64,000 nt of DNA, taken from contig JBHGNT010000002.1 of the NCBI GenBank assembly GCA_043228905.1, positions 13,454,001-13,518,000 on the forward strand. Reading direction: 5' to 3'. Position 1 is the first letter of the stretch. The number at the start of each line of letters is the position of its first letter. Below the pieces are notes generated by a model, which searched no databases, had not been told where the DNA came from, and saw nothing but the letters and a program-made list of their open reading frames with translations. This document shows positions 1 through 12,996 of this stretch, piece by piece. The position numbers and the translations under genes are program-made. The DNA comes from Azolla caroliniana (Eukaryota; Plantae; Polypodiophyta).

Positions 1-2152
1 AGGTAGAACAGCTGGACGTGAAGACGACATTCCTTCACGGCGACCTCGAAGAGGAGATCTACATGCAACAACCGGAGGGATTTGTGGAGAAAGGGAAGGA
101 GCACCTGGTATGCCGGTTGAAGAAGAGCCTCTACGGGTTGAATCAGGCCCCCCGGCAATGGTACCGGAAGTTTGACTCCTTCATGACCGATCAAGGGTAC
201 CACAAGACGCAGGCCGATCACTGCGTGTTTGTGAAGAAGTTTGAAGGAGGCGACTTCCTGATACTCCTTCTGTACGTGGATGACATGTTGATCATCGGAC
301 GTGACCAAGTCAAGATACGGATGTTGAAGAAGGCTCTCAACCGGACCTTCTCAATGAAAGACCTGGGTCCGGCAAGACAGATGTTGGGGATGCACATCAT
401 TCGAGACCGGTGAAAGAAGCAATTATGGCTGTCACAGGAGAAGTACGTGACAAAGGTGCTTCACCGATTCAACATGTCAAAAGCAAAACCGGTCGGATCG
501 ACACTTCCGGCAAACTGCAGGCTATCTGGTAAGCAAAGCCCAAAGACGAAAGCAGAGAAGGCGGATATGATGAAGATTCCATATGCCTCTGCCGTCGGGA
601 GCTTGATGTACGCAATGGTGTGTACCCGACCGGATATAGGATACGCAATCGGAGTGGTGAGCCGGTTTATGAGCAATCCCGGCAAGGAGCACTGGAACGC
701 GGTCAAATGGATACTCCGGTATTTGAAGGGCACTTGTTGAGGTTTTCCGGAGCCGAATCGGAGACACCGATTCGGACATGTCAGCTGATGTGGATACCAG
801 CCGGTCTACATCCGGGTATGTAATGGCATATGCAGGGGGAGCTGTTTCACCGATTCGGACATGTCAGCTGATGTGGATACCAGCCGGTCTACATCCGGCT
901 GGTACATATGTAATGGCATATGTGGACGGTTTCACCGATTCGGACATGTCAGCTGATGTGGATACCAGCCGGTCTACATCCGGGTATGTAATGGCATATG
1001 CAGGGGGAGCTGTTTCGTGGCAATCGAGGCTGCAGAAGACGGTTGCATTGTCAACCACGGAGGCGGAGTACATGGCGGTTGTGGAAGCCGGCAAGGAAAT
1101 ATTATGGATGAAGGACTTCATCGGAGAGCTCAGTATCCGGCAAGAGGAATACCGACTCTATTGCGACAGTCAAAGTGTCATCCACCTTGCTAAGAATGCG
1201 GCCTACCATTCCCGGACGAAGCATATCCAGCGGAGGTATCACTGGATCCAGGAAAGAGTAGATGACCAGGAGTTCGCGCTGATGAAGATCCACACGGCCG
1301 AGAATGGGTCAGATATGCTGACCAAAGTGCTGATACCCAACAAGCTGGATGCATGCCGGAAGCGGATCGGACTGGTAAGACACCCCATGCCGGAGTGAAG
1401 GGGGAGTTTGTTGGGAAACCGTATGAGGAGGACCCAGCTACGGAGAGCCGGATGGTGCAAACCCGGTATGAACCGGATGAGGAGTACTCGGCTACGGAGA
1501 GCCGAATGATACAGACCCGGTGTGAACCAGATGAGGAGTACCCGGCTACGGAGAGCCGGATGGTGCAGACCCGGTGAGAACCGGATGAGGAGTACCCGGC
1601 TACGGAGAGCCGGATGGTGCAGGCCCGGTGAGAACCAGATGAGGAGCACCCGGCTACGGAGAGCCGAATGACGCAGACCCGGTGAGAACCGGAGGTAGAG
1701 ACATATTCGTAAATATGTTTCTGAGAGCCCATCGAGGCTATATTTGTAAATAGCTGAAAAGTCATATCAGTATAAATATGACTTAGGGCAAACATGTGTA
1801 TGTGTAGTTGTTCATTTTCTTGTTGGTGCAAGAAAAGAGAGTGTGTGTAACTATACAGAGAGAGAGAGAGAGAGAAAGAGGTCGTTGCCTCTGTTGTAAC
1901 CGCCGCCTGTGGTGAAGATCTGTGAGCACGAGGTCGGTGCCTCAGTGAACTCACGGTTGTATATTCTTACATAGTGACAATTTGCAGCCTGTGGGCTGCC
2001 GTGGTTTTTTCCCTTAGTTTGGGGTTTTCCACGTAAACCTCCTGTGTATCTCCCTCTTCTTCTTGTCGTGTTTTATTTCCCGTTTTCTGTGTATGATCCT
2101 AAGCTCGGTTGTGGCCGAGCGTTGTGCATAAGGAGCGTTTGAGTTCCCGTCA
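1..2152 (+). mobile_element. Ty1/copia retrotransposon 3' part (RT-RNase H, PPT, 3' LTR 1409-2152), disrupted
   Basis: RT motifs ([30 protein letters not shown]) and RNase H ([19 protein letters not shown]). PPT AAGGGGGAG at ~1398-1406. LTR TGTTG...GTCA is homologous to the LTRs at 10113 and 15766. In-frame stop at 411 and a scrambled segment at 738-990. Confidence 0.93.
1422..1695 (+). repeat. 54-bp CCGG-rich tandem repeat (~5 copies) in LTR U3
   Basis: Unit CCCGGCTACGGAGAGCCGGATGGTGCAGACCCGGTGAGAACCGGATGAGGAGTA; the same unit occurs at ~10585-10870 and ~16245-16580. Confidence 0.92.
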
Positions 2153-2500
2153 TTAGCTAGTAGCTCATTAGCTGCCAGTAGCTAATTAGCTAGTAGGATA
2201 GCTAATTAGCTACTTTACACAACTATGGTGCTAGCTAATTAGCTATGAGTAGCTAACTAGCTGCTAGTAGCTAATTAGCTGCCATTAGGATAGCTAATTA
2301 GCTAGTAGCTAACTAGCTGCCACGTAGCTAATTAACTACTATAGTAAACTATGGCAGTAGCTAATTAACTAATAGGATAGCTATTAGCTGCTTTAATCAA
2401 CTATGGTAGTAGCTAATTAGCTACAACGATAGCAACAAAATAGTTTCCATACATTTTACGGCTTAGCTAATTAGAAAAGACTAAGCTTATTAGCTACAGT
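2153..2500. repeat. Array of the palindrome TAGCTAATTAGCTA and variants
   Basis: Many spaced copies of the 14-bp palindrome; also seen at ~4808-4860 and ~21245-21300. Confidence 0.85.
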
Positions 2501-2509
2501 ATGGTATAC

Positions 2510-4639
2510 CTGTTAGTTTTCTCCACTCATTTGGTAGAGTTGTATTGCAATCTCCCAAATAGAATGCAACAATTCAACAGGCATGTTGAAAAAAGCAGAT
2601 GGTATGTGTGGTTGCATGGATGTAGGTGAACCAACAAAGACGCAGTTTTGTCCTCCACACCTAACCCGCAAGCGATGCAACGTGCTTGAACTGTCAATAA
2701 ATCATTTTCTGGTTCTCCTTCATTTGGTAAGGGAGCAAGAATGTTCAGGTCCAAATCCTGTCTGGTCCTTACCATTCCCTCCACAAAATGTAGCTGCTTC
2801 TTAAGGCATCTAACTACTTGTTCTTGATGAATGTATTGTTCCTTCAACGCAACAGAGAAATTTACCGATTAATTATTCCTGTTGTTGAATGATACACCAA
2901 CTTTGCTTAGGAATCGTTAACTTACTTGAAGCTTATCCAAATTGTAATCTACAACAGTATTTACACCTAGAAGGTCCAGGTTCATTGAAAGAACCTGGAT
3001 CTCTATTTGCAGTTGTATTTTACGTTGGGGATCCTGTTGCGCAACCTATTCCAGATAATTCTTGATTAGCACATTTTACCCTTAAAGTTATTTATAACAC
3101 AATCACATACCAGCAAAACAATAGTTACCTGAATCTTATTTCTAATCGTTGTAACAGCAGAAGTAGCTTTGCTCTCCATTGCAGAAGTCATTGTGGCTTT
3201 CTCTAAATCAGTCTTAAAAAATGCCAATGTCTCAAAGGCTTCATGGACATTTTTTAGCATATAGCTAGCCAATGTCTCACCTGTATCATTGACATTGGCT
3301 TTCCTTGGGTGTCGGTGTGGTGTATGCCCCCGGTCTTGTTGGGAGTCGGCAGTTGCATCAACAACTTCCATGCTCCAAAATCTGTCTATTTTTTGTGCCA
3401 AGGTCCCCATATTTCGGCATCTTTTTATGGATGCCTCACCATAGACTGCCCAAGCTACCCTATACATTTTAGGGTCTCTGGATTCCTTCGTTGTTTTGCA
3501 GTACTCATATGCAAATGCTCTAGCAAATGAAACTGACAACTCATTGTTGACTGGGATCTCCTGATGAACTTTCTGGTGCAGCCTCATGCAGTCATCGTAC
3601 AAGTCAGCTCGTACATACTTTAGCTTGACCTTGCCTTTGACTCTAGGCACTGTATATATTGTCATCCAGTCTACATCACTGATCAATTTATCACTTAGGA
3701 CAGCAGGGTCAACACCCTCGAGTGACAGACCATAGGTGTTGTGGAAGTCCTCCTTTGTCTCGCAAAATTTTGCGAAGTTTAGCACTCTCGGATACAGAGG
3801 AACGAGCCATTTGAAATATCATTGCAGAAATCAGAAATAGTGCAAAATCAGAATATGTCAGAATTAGAAACCCCAATCAACAACAACAGAAATAGTGCAA
3901 AATCTTTAACTTAGCAAATCAGAAACCCTAATCATAATTTGTATTCAAAAATTTGAAATCAGAAACCCTAATCAAAATCTGTAATCAGAAGTTTGAAATC
4001 AGAAACCCTAATCAAAATCTGTAATCAGAAGTTTGTAACCCGAAACCCTATTCAGAAATTCTAATCAGAAATTTATAATCAAAAACCCTAATTAGAAATT
4101 TCAATCAGAAACCCTAATCAGAAATTTCAATCACAAACCCTAATCAGAAATCCTAAACAGAAATTTATAAACAAAAACCCTATTCAGAAATTCTAATCTA
4201 TAATCAAAATTTGTAACCAGAAACCCTATTCAAAAATTCTAATCAGAAATTTCAATCACAAACCCTAATCAGAAATTCTAATCAGAAATTTATAAACAAA
4301 AACCCTAATTAGAAATTTCAATCAGAAACCCCAATCATCACTAAAGACGGGATTAAACACAAAAAAAGTAATATAAACACACCTGTTGCTACTCCCCGAT
4401 CTGTGAGACATCCTTGTATGGGACTCCAAGGACTTTGCCCTATTCGATTTTGGGAAAATATGAATCGGCACCAAAGTTCAGACAGTAGTCAAAAAGAAAA
4501 AACAAATGTTTGGGGTTTCTGTAACTGAAACATACCTGGACGATGATCGCGCAGGTTCTGTGTTGTAGCTCTTAATTTGCAATGTCGATTTTCTACTGTT
4601 GCGGGAGCTACGTCTGCGTTCATGCTCTGAGTACTCCAT
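2510..4639 (-). pseudogene. Decayed spliced gene with C-terminal RING-H2-like Cys/His motif (possible DNA-transposon accessory or cargo gene)
   Basis: Phase-compatible exons 4639-4536, 4439-4383, ~3810-3129, 3060-2926 and ~2878-2510 with GT/AG borders. One acceptor is mutated to AA and there are CAG>TAG-type stops. C-terminus CIAC...CNHTYH...C. Confidence 0.55.
3860..4340 (+). repeat. Tandem array of 13-14 bp units containing the telo-box AAACCCTAA (intronic)
   Basis: Repeated CAGAAACCCTAAT alternating with CAGAAATTT(G/C)TAAT-type units. Confidence 0.85.
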
Positions 4640-4874
4640 CTGCATTCAAAATCAAACTTAGGCTAAACAGGAAATTGATGACATTGAAGTCGACCTTAGA
4701 TGATGGTGCTATTCCCCAAGTTCCACTACGTCTGAAACAGAAGTTCAAATATTTGAGTTTTTTCATAAATTAGTTTTTCAAATATTTGATTTTCCCACGA
4801 AAAAGACTAGCTAAACAAATAGCTAATTAGTTATGGCCATTCTAGTAGCTAATTAGCTATAATAGTGTTTCCAC

Positions 4875-6062
4875 TCGCATGCTTTTACCCACATGCATAA
4901 CATTCAGCATATATTTTGTTTTTCCTTTTTCTTCCCACAATGGGATATCTCCAACATGCTCTTTTTGGTGAGTAGTATTATCACATGTCTATACATAACC
5001 AAGAATCTCTGGTTCTCTTAGACTTTCAAACTAATTTGCATGTCATGTCATATGATTAGATGCCCCAGAATCTACATACCACAAACTGTTCATTGCATCT
5101 CTGTGAACATTCAGCCATTGTTGTTGTTTCATGTTGCACCATAAATGCACCATCTTTATCACAGTCTTCACTAGTTGAGGCATAATTATTTTGATGTCTC
5201 TTCCCTCTTTTTTCATCATTTTGCTTTTTATAGAATTCAGCTTGTGTATGGCCTGGTTTTCCACAGTACCAATAACCATCATCATTCAAATAAGTTTTCT
5301 TACCTCTTCCTCGATTGCTCCCCCTGCTTCTGATGTTGCTTCTTCCACTTGTAACCTATTTTCCTCTTCCTTGATAACTATTGTTGTTGGTTCTAGCTAA
5401 ACCAAATCTTCCATGGCCTCTTCCTCGACCTCTTCCAGCACTATTGAAGAGGGCTTGCCCCTCAGTCTCAAAGTTTCCTTTGTTTACATCATCCATCTGA
5501 TTTCTTTCTTCCACTACAAGCATTGAAACTAGATCTGGAAAACATGGGATCCTATCCCTTGTGAGAATAGATGTTTTGAAGCTTTTATATTGAGGTCCTA
5601 AGCCTCTTAAGCATATTTCCACCTTATCATCATCTTCTACCTTCAAATTAATAGAAGCAAGTGATTCACATATACTCTTTATTTTCAAAGCATACTCATT
5701 CACTAACATCTTACCATTTTCCAAGGTATTTAGCTCAATCTTCAACTGAAGCTTTCTAGCCTTTGTGTTCACTACAAACAGTTTTACTAAGTTGTCCCAA
5801 GCTTCTTTTGGAAGCATAGCATCCTGTATGTGTCCAAGCATCGAATCTGAGATGCTAAGTGAGAGCCAATGCAATACCTTTCTTGCCCCTTGATTCCATT
5901 CCTTAAATGCTTTAATCTGTGCAATAGTTGCATTTTCTTCAGGGATCTCTAGAGCCACTTCTCGGTCTCCTTCGATGTAATCCCAATATCCTTTTCCCAT
6001 CAGGAAATTTGTCATTTTGAATTAACACACTGGGAAAATGTTTTTATCCAGCTTTTCTGTGA
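4875..6062 (-). mobile_element. Ty1/copia gag-protease fragment
   Basis: ORF 5356-6015 is gag (UBN2-like); zinc knuckle YCGKPGHTQAE; protease WYVDSGASNHMT; no LTRs seen. Confidence 0.88.
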
Positions 6063-6065
6063 CTA

Positions 6066-9000
6066 GTACCTGCTCGATCACGGCTACTAGAGTTATGTCG
6101 AAGGAGCTAATGATGTAGCACCCGATTCGACACACAGAGACTTTTTGGCTTGGGAACAAGCGGCAAGCAGAGTTCTCTACTGCTTTGCATCTTGTGTGAG
6201 CGACCAGCTATTGAGCTATATTCGGGATGCTAAGATGCCAAAGGATGCATGGGCGAATCTCAAAAAGCTCTTCGCCGCAAGCACTACAACCAGGAAGCTT
6301 CAACTCAGGCAAGAGTTGAGCAATGTACGACAACGAGATATATCAGTGGCTAACTACATCACCAAGATCAAAGAAATTTGTGACTCACTCGCCTCTGTCA
6401 ACATGAACGTCGAGGAGGATGAGATGGTGCAGGTTTGTCTTGGCGGATTAGCGTCTAAGTTCGGAGCTTTCCGAACGGCGGTCTGCACGAGGGAGAATAC
6501 GCCTTCGTTTTTCGAGCTTCAATCAATGTTGCTCGTAGAAGAAAACCATGTTGTTGCATCAACGAGTGCGCACACCGATGGCAAGATTCTCTACATGGAG
6601 GATGATAGGTCCCATGGTCGTGGTGAATGAGGCGGATCGGCACGAAATGGAGGCGGCCAAAAAGAGAAGAATGGACGGCATCATTGAGATACCGAAAGCA
6701 ATTCCGAACCCTCTGGAAGCAGGGGGAGTCATGGCGGCGCCGGAAGCCGGCAAGAGAAGACCGCGTCGGAATGCTAGTATTGTGGCAAGAAAGGCCACAA
6801 GGAGAGCGAGTGTTGGAAAAGGCAAGACGATTCAGATAAAGCTGGATCAAGCGGAAGAGACACAGGAAGGCGTCAGAAGTCGCACTATGCGGAAGGCTCG
6901 GAACGAGCCGGAAATGGAATGGGCCTTGCCTTTGTAATGAAGCATAAGGCCAACTCAATGTCCGTGAACACTTTGAAATCAAGCAAAGTGTGGTATGTCG
7001 ATTCCGGAGTGTCAAATCATATGATGAGTCACGAAGAATGGTTCTCGTACTTGGAGAAGCCGGAAAAGAAAGGAGTGGTCGAAACGGGAGACAACACTCC
7101 TCATAACATCGAACATGTCGATGAAGTTCCCCTCAGCCACATCGGGCGGAAAGGGAAACTAATGAACGTGTTGCACGTCCCGACAATAACCAAGAACCTG
7201 ATGTCGGTCCGTCAGATCGTCGACCAAGATATGCAAGTTCGATTCATGCACCTCGGCTGCTTCATAGAAGAGGAAGATAAAATGATCGATTCACGCACCT
7301 CGGTTGTTTATCCTCGACACTAATCAAGTCGGAACCGCGTTACACGCGAAAGGACAAAAGGTCGAACCGGATATCGACCTGTGGCACAAGCGGTTCGGCC
7401 ACATAAATTTCCCACGGCTTCGTGAAATGCAGACGAACAACATCGTATTCGGATTGCTGAAATTTCGGGGCCGTAATGCCCAAGTCTGCGAAGCCTATCA
7501 GATGGGAAAACAACACCGACTTCCATTCCCCAATGAGCGTAATCGTAGTCGAAGTCCACTGGATTTGATCCATTCGGATGTGTGGGGTCCGGCACAGAAC
7601 GTGAGTCTTGGTGGAAGCCGTTACTTTGTAACCCTCATCGATGACTTCACTCGGCACACATGGGCATGCATGATTGAGAAGAAGAGCGAATCCTCGCATG
7701 TTTCCTGAAGGTGAAGAGCCTTGCGGAAAGGGAAACGGGGCATAAGATCAAATGCTTACGGTCCGATGGCGGGAAGGAGTACTTCTCTCACCAGTTCACA
7801 TGTTAGCTACGGAAGGAGGGAATTCGACATGAATTCTCATGTAGATACACGCCACAGCAGAACGGCGTGGCCAAGCGGAAGAATTAGACGATTGAAGAAG
7901 TGGCCAGGGCAATGCTTGAAGAGAAGCATATGCTGAAATTCTATTGGGTTGAAGTCGTGAAGACGGTTGTCTACCTACAGATTCGGACTTCTGCTAATGG
8001 AGGAGTGTTGCCACATGAGTTGTATTTCGGGAAGAAGCCGAACTTAGCACATTTGAGGATCTTCGGTAGCATTGCATATGTGCATGTGCCGAAGGAAAAG
8101 AGGAGGAAGTTGGATGCAAAAGCCGAAAAGTGCATCTTAGTCGGCTATCCAAACGAACAGAAGGGGTATAAATGTTATAACCCCCGAACAGAGGAAGTAC
8201 GCGTAAGTCGAGATGTCGTGTTCGACGAATCCACTTCGTGGTACTTGCCTTCACCTCCAGTAGCTCAAGACTCCATTCCGATTTCTGAAGAAGAGATCAG
8301 CAAGGCTGAAATGCCTCCGCATGATGAGGACATCGGAGCTCTGAGAGAGAGTCCGACCTCATTTCGTCTTAGCGGGCCGAATGAAACGTTGGGCCAAGAT
8401 GGCCAACCAGATGATGAGACAGCAAGTAGTGGAGACTCAACCGTGATGTCCCCGCGTAAAGAACCGAGGAGATGGTTTACGCGCAAGGAGAAGGGCAAGA
8501 AGAAAATGCCGGAGTACGATTTCGGCAACATTGAGTCAGTTTGAAGCGAATCTGACATCGAGCCGATCGTAAAGAAACCTCCGCGGAAGAGGTCAAAATC
8601 GGCCGACAAGGTCATTAAATTGGGTAATCACGATTTACGCCGATCTACCTACCAGAAGAACCCCGTAAAAAGGTAGGGGTATAATGAATACATGGCACAC
8701 CATTAGACGTATATGACGCGAGTGGCAGAAGTGCGTGAGCTAGAGAGCTACGCAGAAGCGGCGAGAGACGCAAATTGGCGTGCCGCGATGGAGGAAGAGA
8801 TGCGTGCCTTTACACAGAACGAGACATGGGACCTAGTTGACGCACCGAAGGATGTGAAGCTAATCGGATGCCGATGGGTGTATAAGGTGAAATACAACAT
8901 CGATGGCTCTGTCAACCGCTACAAGGCCCGTTTAGTAGTGAAAGGCTGCGCACAGAAGCACGACGTGGACTATGACGAGACCTTCGCGCCTATCACGAAG

Positions 9001-10079
9001 ATGACTACCGTGTGAGTTCTAATAGTTGTAGCAGTGGCAAAGCGGTGGCACTTACATCAGATGGATATAAAGAATGTGTTCTTACAAGGTGAGCTTGAGG
9101 AGGAGGTCTACATGGTACAACCCCCCAGATTTCTATCCGAACAAAACACCTCGGCAGTTTGCCGAATGAAGAAGTCCTTATATAGACTAAAGCAAGCCCT
9201 GCGAGCTTGGAACGCAAAGATTATGCAACAGTTGCGTAGGATGGGGTTTGCACCTTCGAAATCAGACTCTTCTCTATTTGTTCGGCAAGGTCAATATGGA
9301 CCGGTCAGCCTACTCTTGTACATTGATGATTTAGTCATCGTCAGTGCCGACCTCGACGAAATCCATCACGTGAAGTCTCAACTTGCGGCATCGTTTGAAA
9401 TGAAGGATCTTGGAGACCTTCATTACTTCCTCGGGATCGAAGTTATCCGTACCCCCGAAGGCATATTGATCAGCCAGCGCCATTACGCGCTGAATATGCT
9501 CTTCAAATGCGGGATGGCAAACTATAAGCGCATCTCGACCCCTCTGGATAGAAACGCAAAGCTTCGCCGAGATTCGGGGAAGGCGTGCGACCCTACACGG
9601 TTCCGATAGATTGTCGGAAGCCTTATCTATCTGATGATTACTCGGCCGGATCTTAGTTATCCAGTCGGCCTAATCAGTCAATTCATGTCGCAACCTACGG
9701 CCGAACACTTTCAGTGCACGCAATGCATACTGCGTTATGTCAGCGGCATGAAAGACATGGCATTGTTTTATCGGGCAGACGTAGCCGTATAGTTAGTCGG
9801 CTACACGGATGCCAATTGGGCTGGAAACGCCCACGATCGTAGATCCACATCCGGATACGCATTCTCTCTAGGAAGTGTGGCAATTGCATGGAGCAGTAAG
9901 AAGCAGCCGACAGTAGCACTATCGAGCACGGAGGTTGAGTATCGAGGGGCGATATTGTTACGTGCGAAGTCATTTGGCTAAAACGCTACTTAAGGATCTG
10001 CAGGTGGAGGTGTCCGATACGACGACGATCTACTACGACAACCTAAACAGCATCCAACTAACAAAGAACCCCGTCTTCT
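6066..10079 (+). mobile_element. Ty1/copia internal region (gag-PR-INT-RT-RH), decayed, LTRs missing
   Basis: gag 6145-6630; PR WYVDSGVSNHM; GAG-pre-integrase WHKRFGH; INT LIHSDVWGP and RSDGGKEY; RT 8713-9610 (YIDDL); [16 protein letters not shown]. Many stops and frameshifts. Confidence 0.93.
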
Positions 10080-11595
10080 TGTCAAGACCTAATCATCGAT
10101 AATCCAACTTCTTGTCAAGAACTACACGCTCCGATGAACACCGTTCGGCCACAACCGAGCTTAGAATCAAACACAGAAAACGGGGAAGAAAAAAAACACG
10201 ACACAAAGGAGAGAAGAGTACACAGGATGTTTAACGTGGAAAACCCTGAGAGGGAAAAACCACGGGAGTCCACAGACTCCAAACTATCACTATATCACAA
10301 TGATTACAACAGTGAGCTCACGGAGGCAACGACCTCGCGCTCTCGATCTTCGCCACAGGCGGCGGTTACAACAGAGGCAACGACCTCTTCCTCTCTCTCT
10401 CTCTCTGTACATTGTTATGCGCTCTCTAGTCTTGCACCAACAAGAATGACAACATCTCACGAAAGAGTTTGCCCTAAGTCATATTTATACTAATATGACT
10501 TTTCGGCTATTTACAAATATAGCCACAATGGACTCTCAGAAACATATTTACGAATATGTCTCTTCATCCGGTGAGCACTCCTCACCGGGCTTGCATCATC
10601 CGGCCATTGCCGGGTACTCGTCATCCGGTTCTCACCGGGTCTGCACCATCCGGCTATCCGTAGCCGGGTACTCCTCATCTGGTTCTCACTAGGTCTGCAC
10701 CATCCGGCTCTCCGTAGCCGGGTACTCTTCATCCGGTTCTCACCAGGTCTGCACCATCTGGCTCTCCGTAGTTGCGTACTCCTCATCCGGTTCTCACCGG
10801 GTCTGCACCATCCGGCTCTCCGTAGCCAGGTACTCTTCATCCGGTTCTCACCGGGTCTTCACCATCCGGAGGGACCTATTTCCTAACAAACTCTCCCTTC
10901 ACTCCGACATGGGATGTCTTACTAGTCCGATCCGGTTCCGCCATGCATCCAGCTTGTCGAGTATCAGTACTTTGGTCTGCATATCTAACCCATTCTCGGC
11001 CATGTGGATCTTCATCAGCGTGAACTCCTGGTCATCTACTCTTTCCCGGATCTAGTGATACCTTTGCTGGATATGGTTCATCCAGGAATGGTAGGCCGCA
11101 TTCTTAGCAAGGTGGATGGCACTTTGACTGTCACAATAGAGCCGGTATTCATCTTGCCGAATACTGAGCTCTGGGATGAAGTTCTTCATCCATAATATTT
11201 CCTTGCCGGCTTCCACAGCCGCCATGTACTCAGCCTCCGTGGTTGACAACACAACCGTCTTCTGCAGCCTCGACTGCCACGAAACAGCTCACCCTGCATA
11301 TGTCATTCATTACATACCCGGATGTAGACCGGCTGGTATCCACATCAGCCGACTTGTCCGAATCGATAAAACCGTCAAGTTGAGGTTTTCCGGAGTCGAA
11401 TCGGAGACACATATTTGAAGTGCCCTTCAAGCACCGGAGTATCCATTTGACCACTTTCCAGTGCTCCTTGCCGGGATTGCTCATAAACCGGCTCACCACT
11501 CCGACTGCATATCCTATATCCGGTCGTGTACACACCATTGCATACATTAAGCTCCCTACGGCAAAGGCATATGGTACCTTCATCATATCAGCCTT

Positions 11596-12996
11596 CTATG
11601 CTTTCGTCTTCGGGCTTTGCTTACCGGATAATCTGCGGTTTGCCGGGAGTGTCGATCCGACCGGTTTCGCTTCTAACATGTTGAACCGCTGAAGCACCTT
11701 TGTCACGTATTTCTCCTGTGACAGCCACAATTGCTTCGTTGGCCGGTTTCGGATGATATGCATCCCCAGCATCTGTCTTGCCGGACCCAAGTCTTTCATT
11801 GCGAAAGTTCGGTTGAGAGCCTTCTTCAGCATCCGTATTCTGTCTTGGTCTCGTCCGACGATCAACATGTCATCCATGTACAGAAGGAGTATCAGGAAGT
11901 CGCCTCCTTCGAACTTCTTCACAAACACGCAGTGATCGGCCTGTGTCTTGTGGTACCCTTGATCGGTCATGAAGGAGTCGAACTTCTGGTACCATTGTCG
12001 GAGAGCCTGCTTCAGTCCATACAGGCTCTTCTTCAACTGGCAAACCAAGTGCTCCTTCCCTTTCTCCACAAATCCTTCCGGTTGCTGCATGTAGATCTCC
12101 TCTTCGAGGTCACCGTGAAGGAATGTCGTCTTCACGTCCAGCTGCTCTACCTCGAGGTCCATGCTTGCCACTATACTCAGCACTGTCCGGATGGAGGTCA
12201 TCTTTACTACCGGGGCAAATATCTCATCAAAGTCCACGCCCTTCTTCTGTTGGAACCCCTTCACCACGATCCTGGCTTTGTATCTCGGGGGGTTGCCGGC
12301 ATCTCCCGGTTTCAACTTGTACACCCACTTGTTTCGGAGTGCCCGCTTTCCTTTCGGCAACTCCACCAATTCGTACGTCTGGTTCTCATGCAGGGAATCC
12401 GTCTCATCCTGCATGGCACTTAACCATTTGCGGTTGTGGGTGTCATCCTTCGCTTCTTCGAAGCTTTCTGGCTCTCCCTCATCAGTCAGCAGCACATGCT
12501 CTAAATCCGGAAATCTTCGGGGGGCCCTTCTCTCTCTAAGAGGATATCTCCGTCTTTGGCCTTCGGCAACCGGCTCCACTATTTGATCATCATCCGAATC
12601 CGATTCGGGGTCTTGGCCGGTTCCGGTTTCAGCTTCCTCTACTTCTTCTTCTGCCGGTCCGGTATCCTCACCGTAATCGGCTGGTTCCTCGAGTGCTACC
12701 CGGTCTCTTGGCGGTTGGGTCTGCTCCTCGTAGAATCGATCCTTACCGGTCGACTTGGAGTTCATTATCATCTTCTCCGACTCCCAGTCGGCGAGCGTCT
12801 TGTCCTCCATGAAGATAATATCTCGACTCCGGAATACCTTCTTGTCGACCAGGTCCCACACTCGGTAGCCGAACTCATCGTCGCCGTAACCGAGGAATAT
12901 GAATGGCCAGGTCTTTGGATCCAACTTTCCTCTCTGGTCCTTAGCTACATGCACATACGCAAGACACCCGAATACTTTCAGATGCCGGTAGGACAC
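11596..12996 (-). pseudogene. Copia integrase C-terminus and reverse transcriptase
   Basis: 466-aa ORF with GKLDPK, KWVYKLK, YKARIVVKGF, YMDDML; frameshifted relative to the flanking pol segments. Confidence 0.9.

Noticed and set aside
1422-1695. CRISPR-like regular repeat
   Set aside because: Units are contiguous with no unique spacers, no cas genes are present, and the array lies in an LTR.
1190-1954. 254-aa ORF with 18-aa repeats (also 16153-16620, 10511-10840)
   Set aside because: By-product of the stop-free 54-bp LTR repeat, open in several frames.
3860-4340. Interstitial telomere or chromosome fusion site
   Set aside because: Telo-boxes are single motifs within longer units, not (TTTAGGG)n runs.
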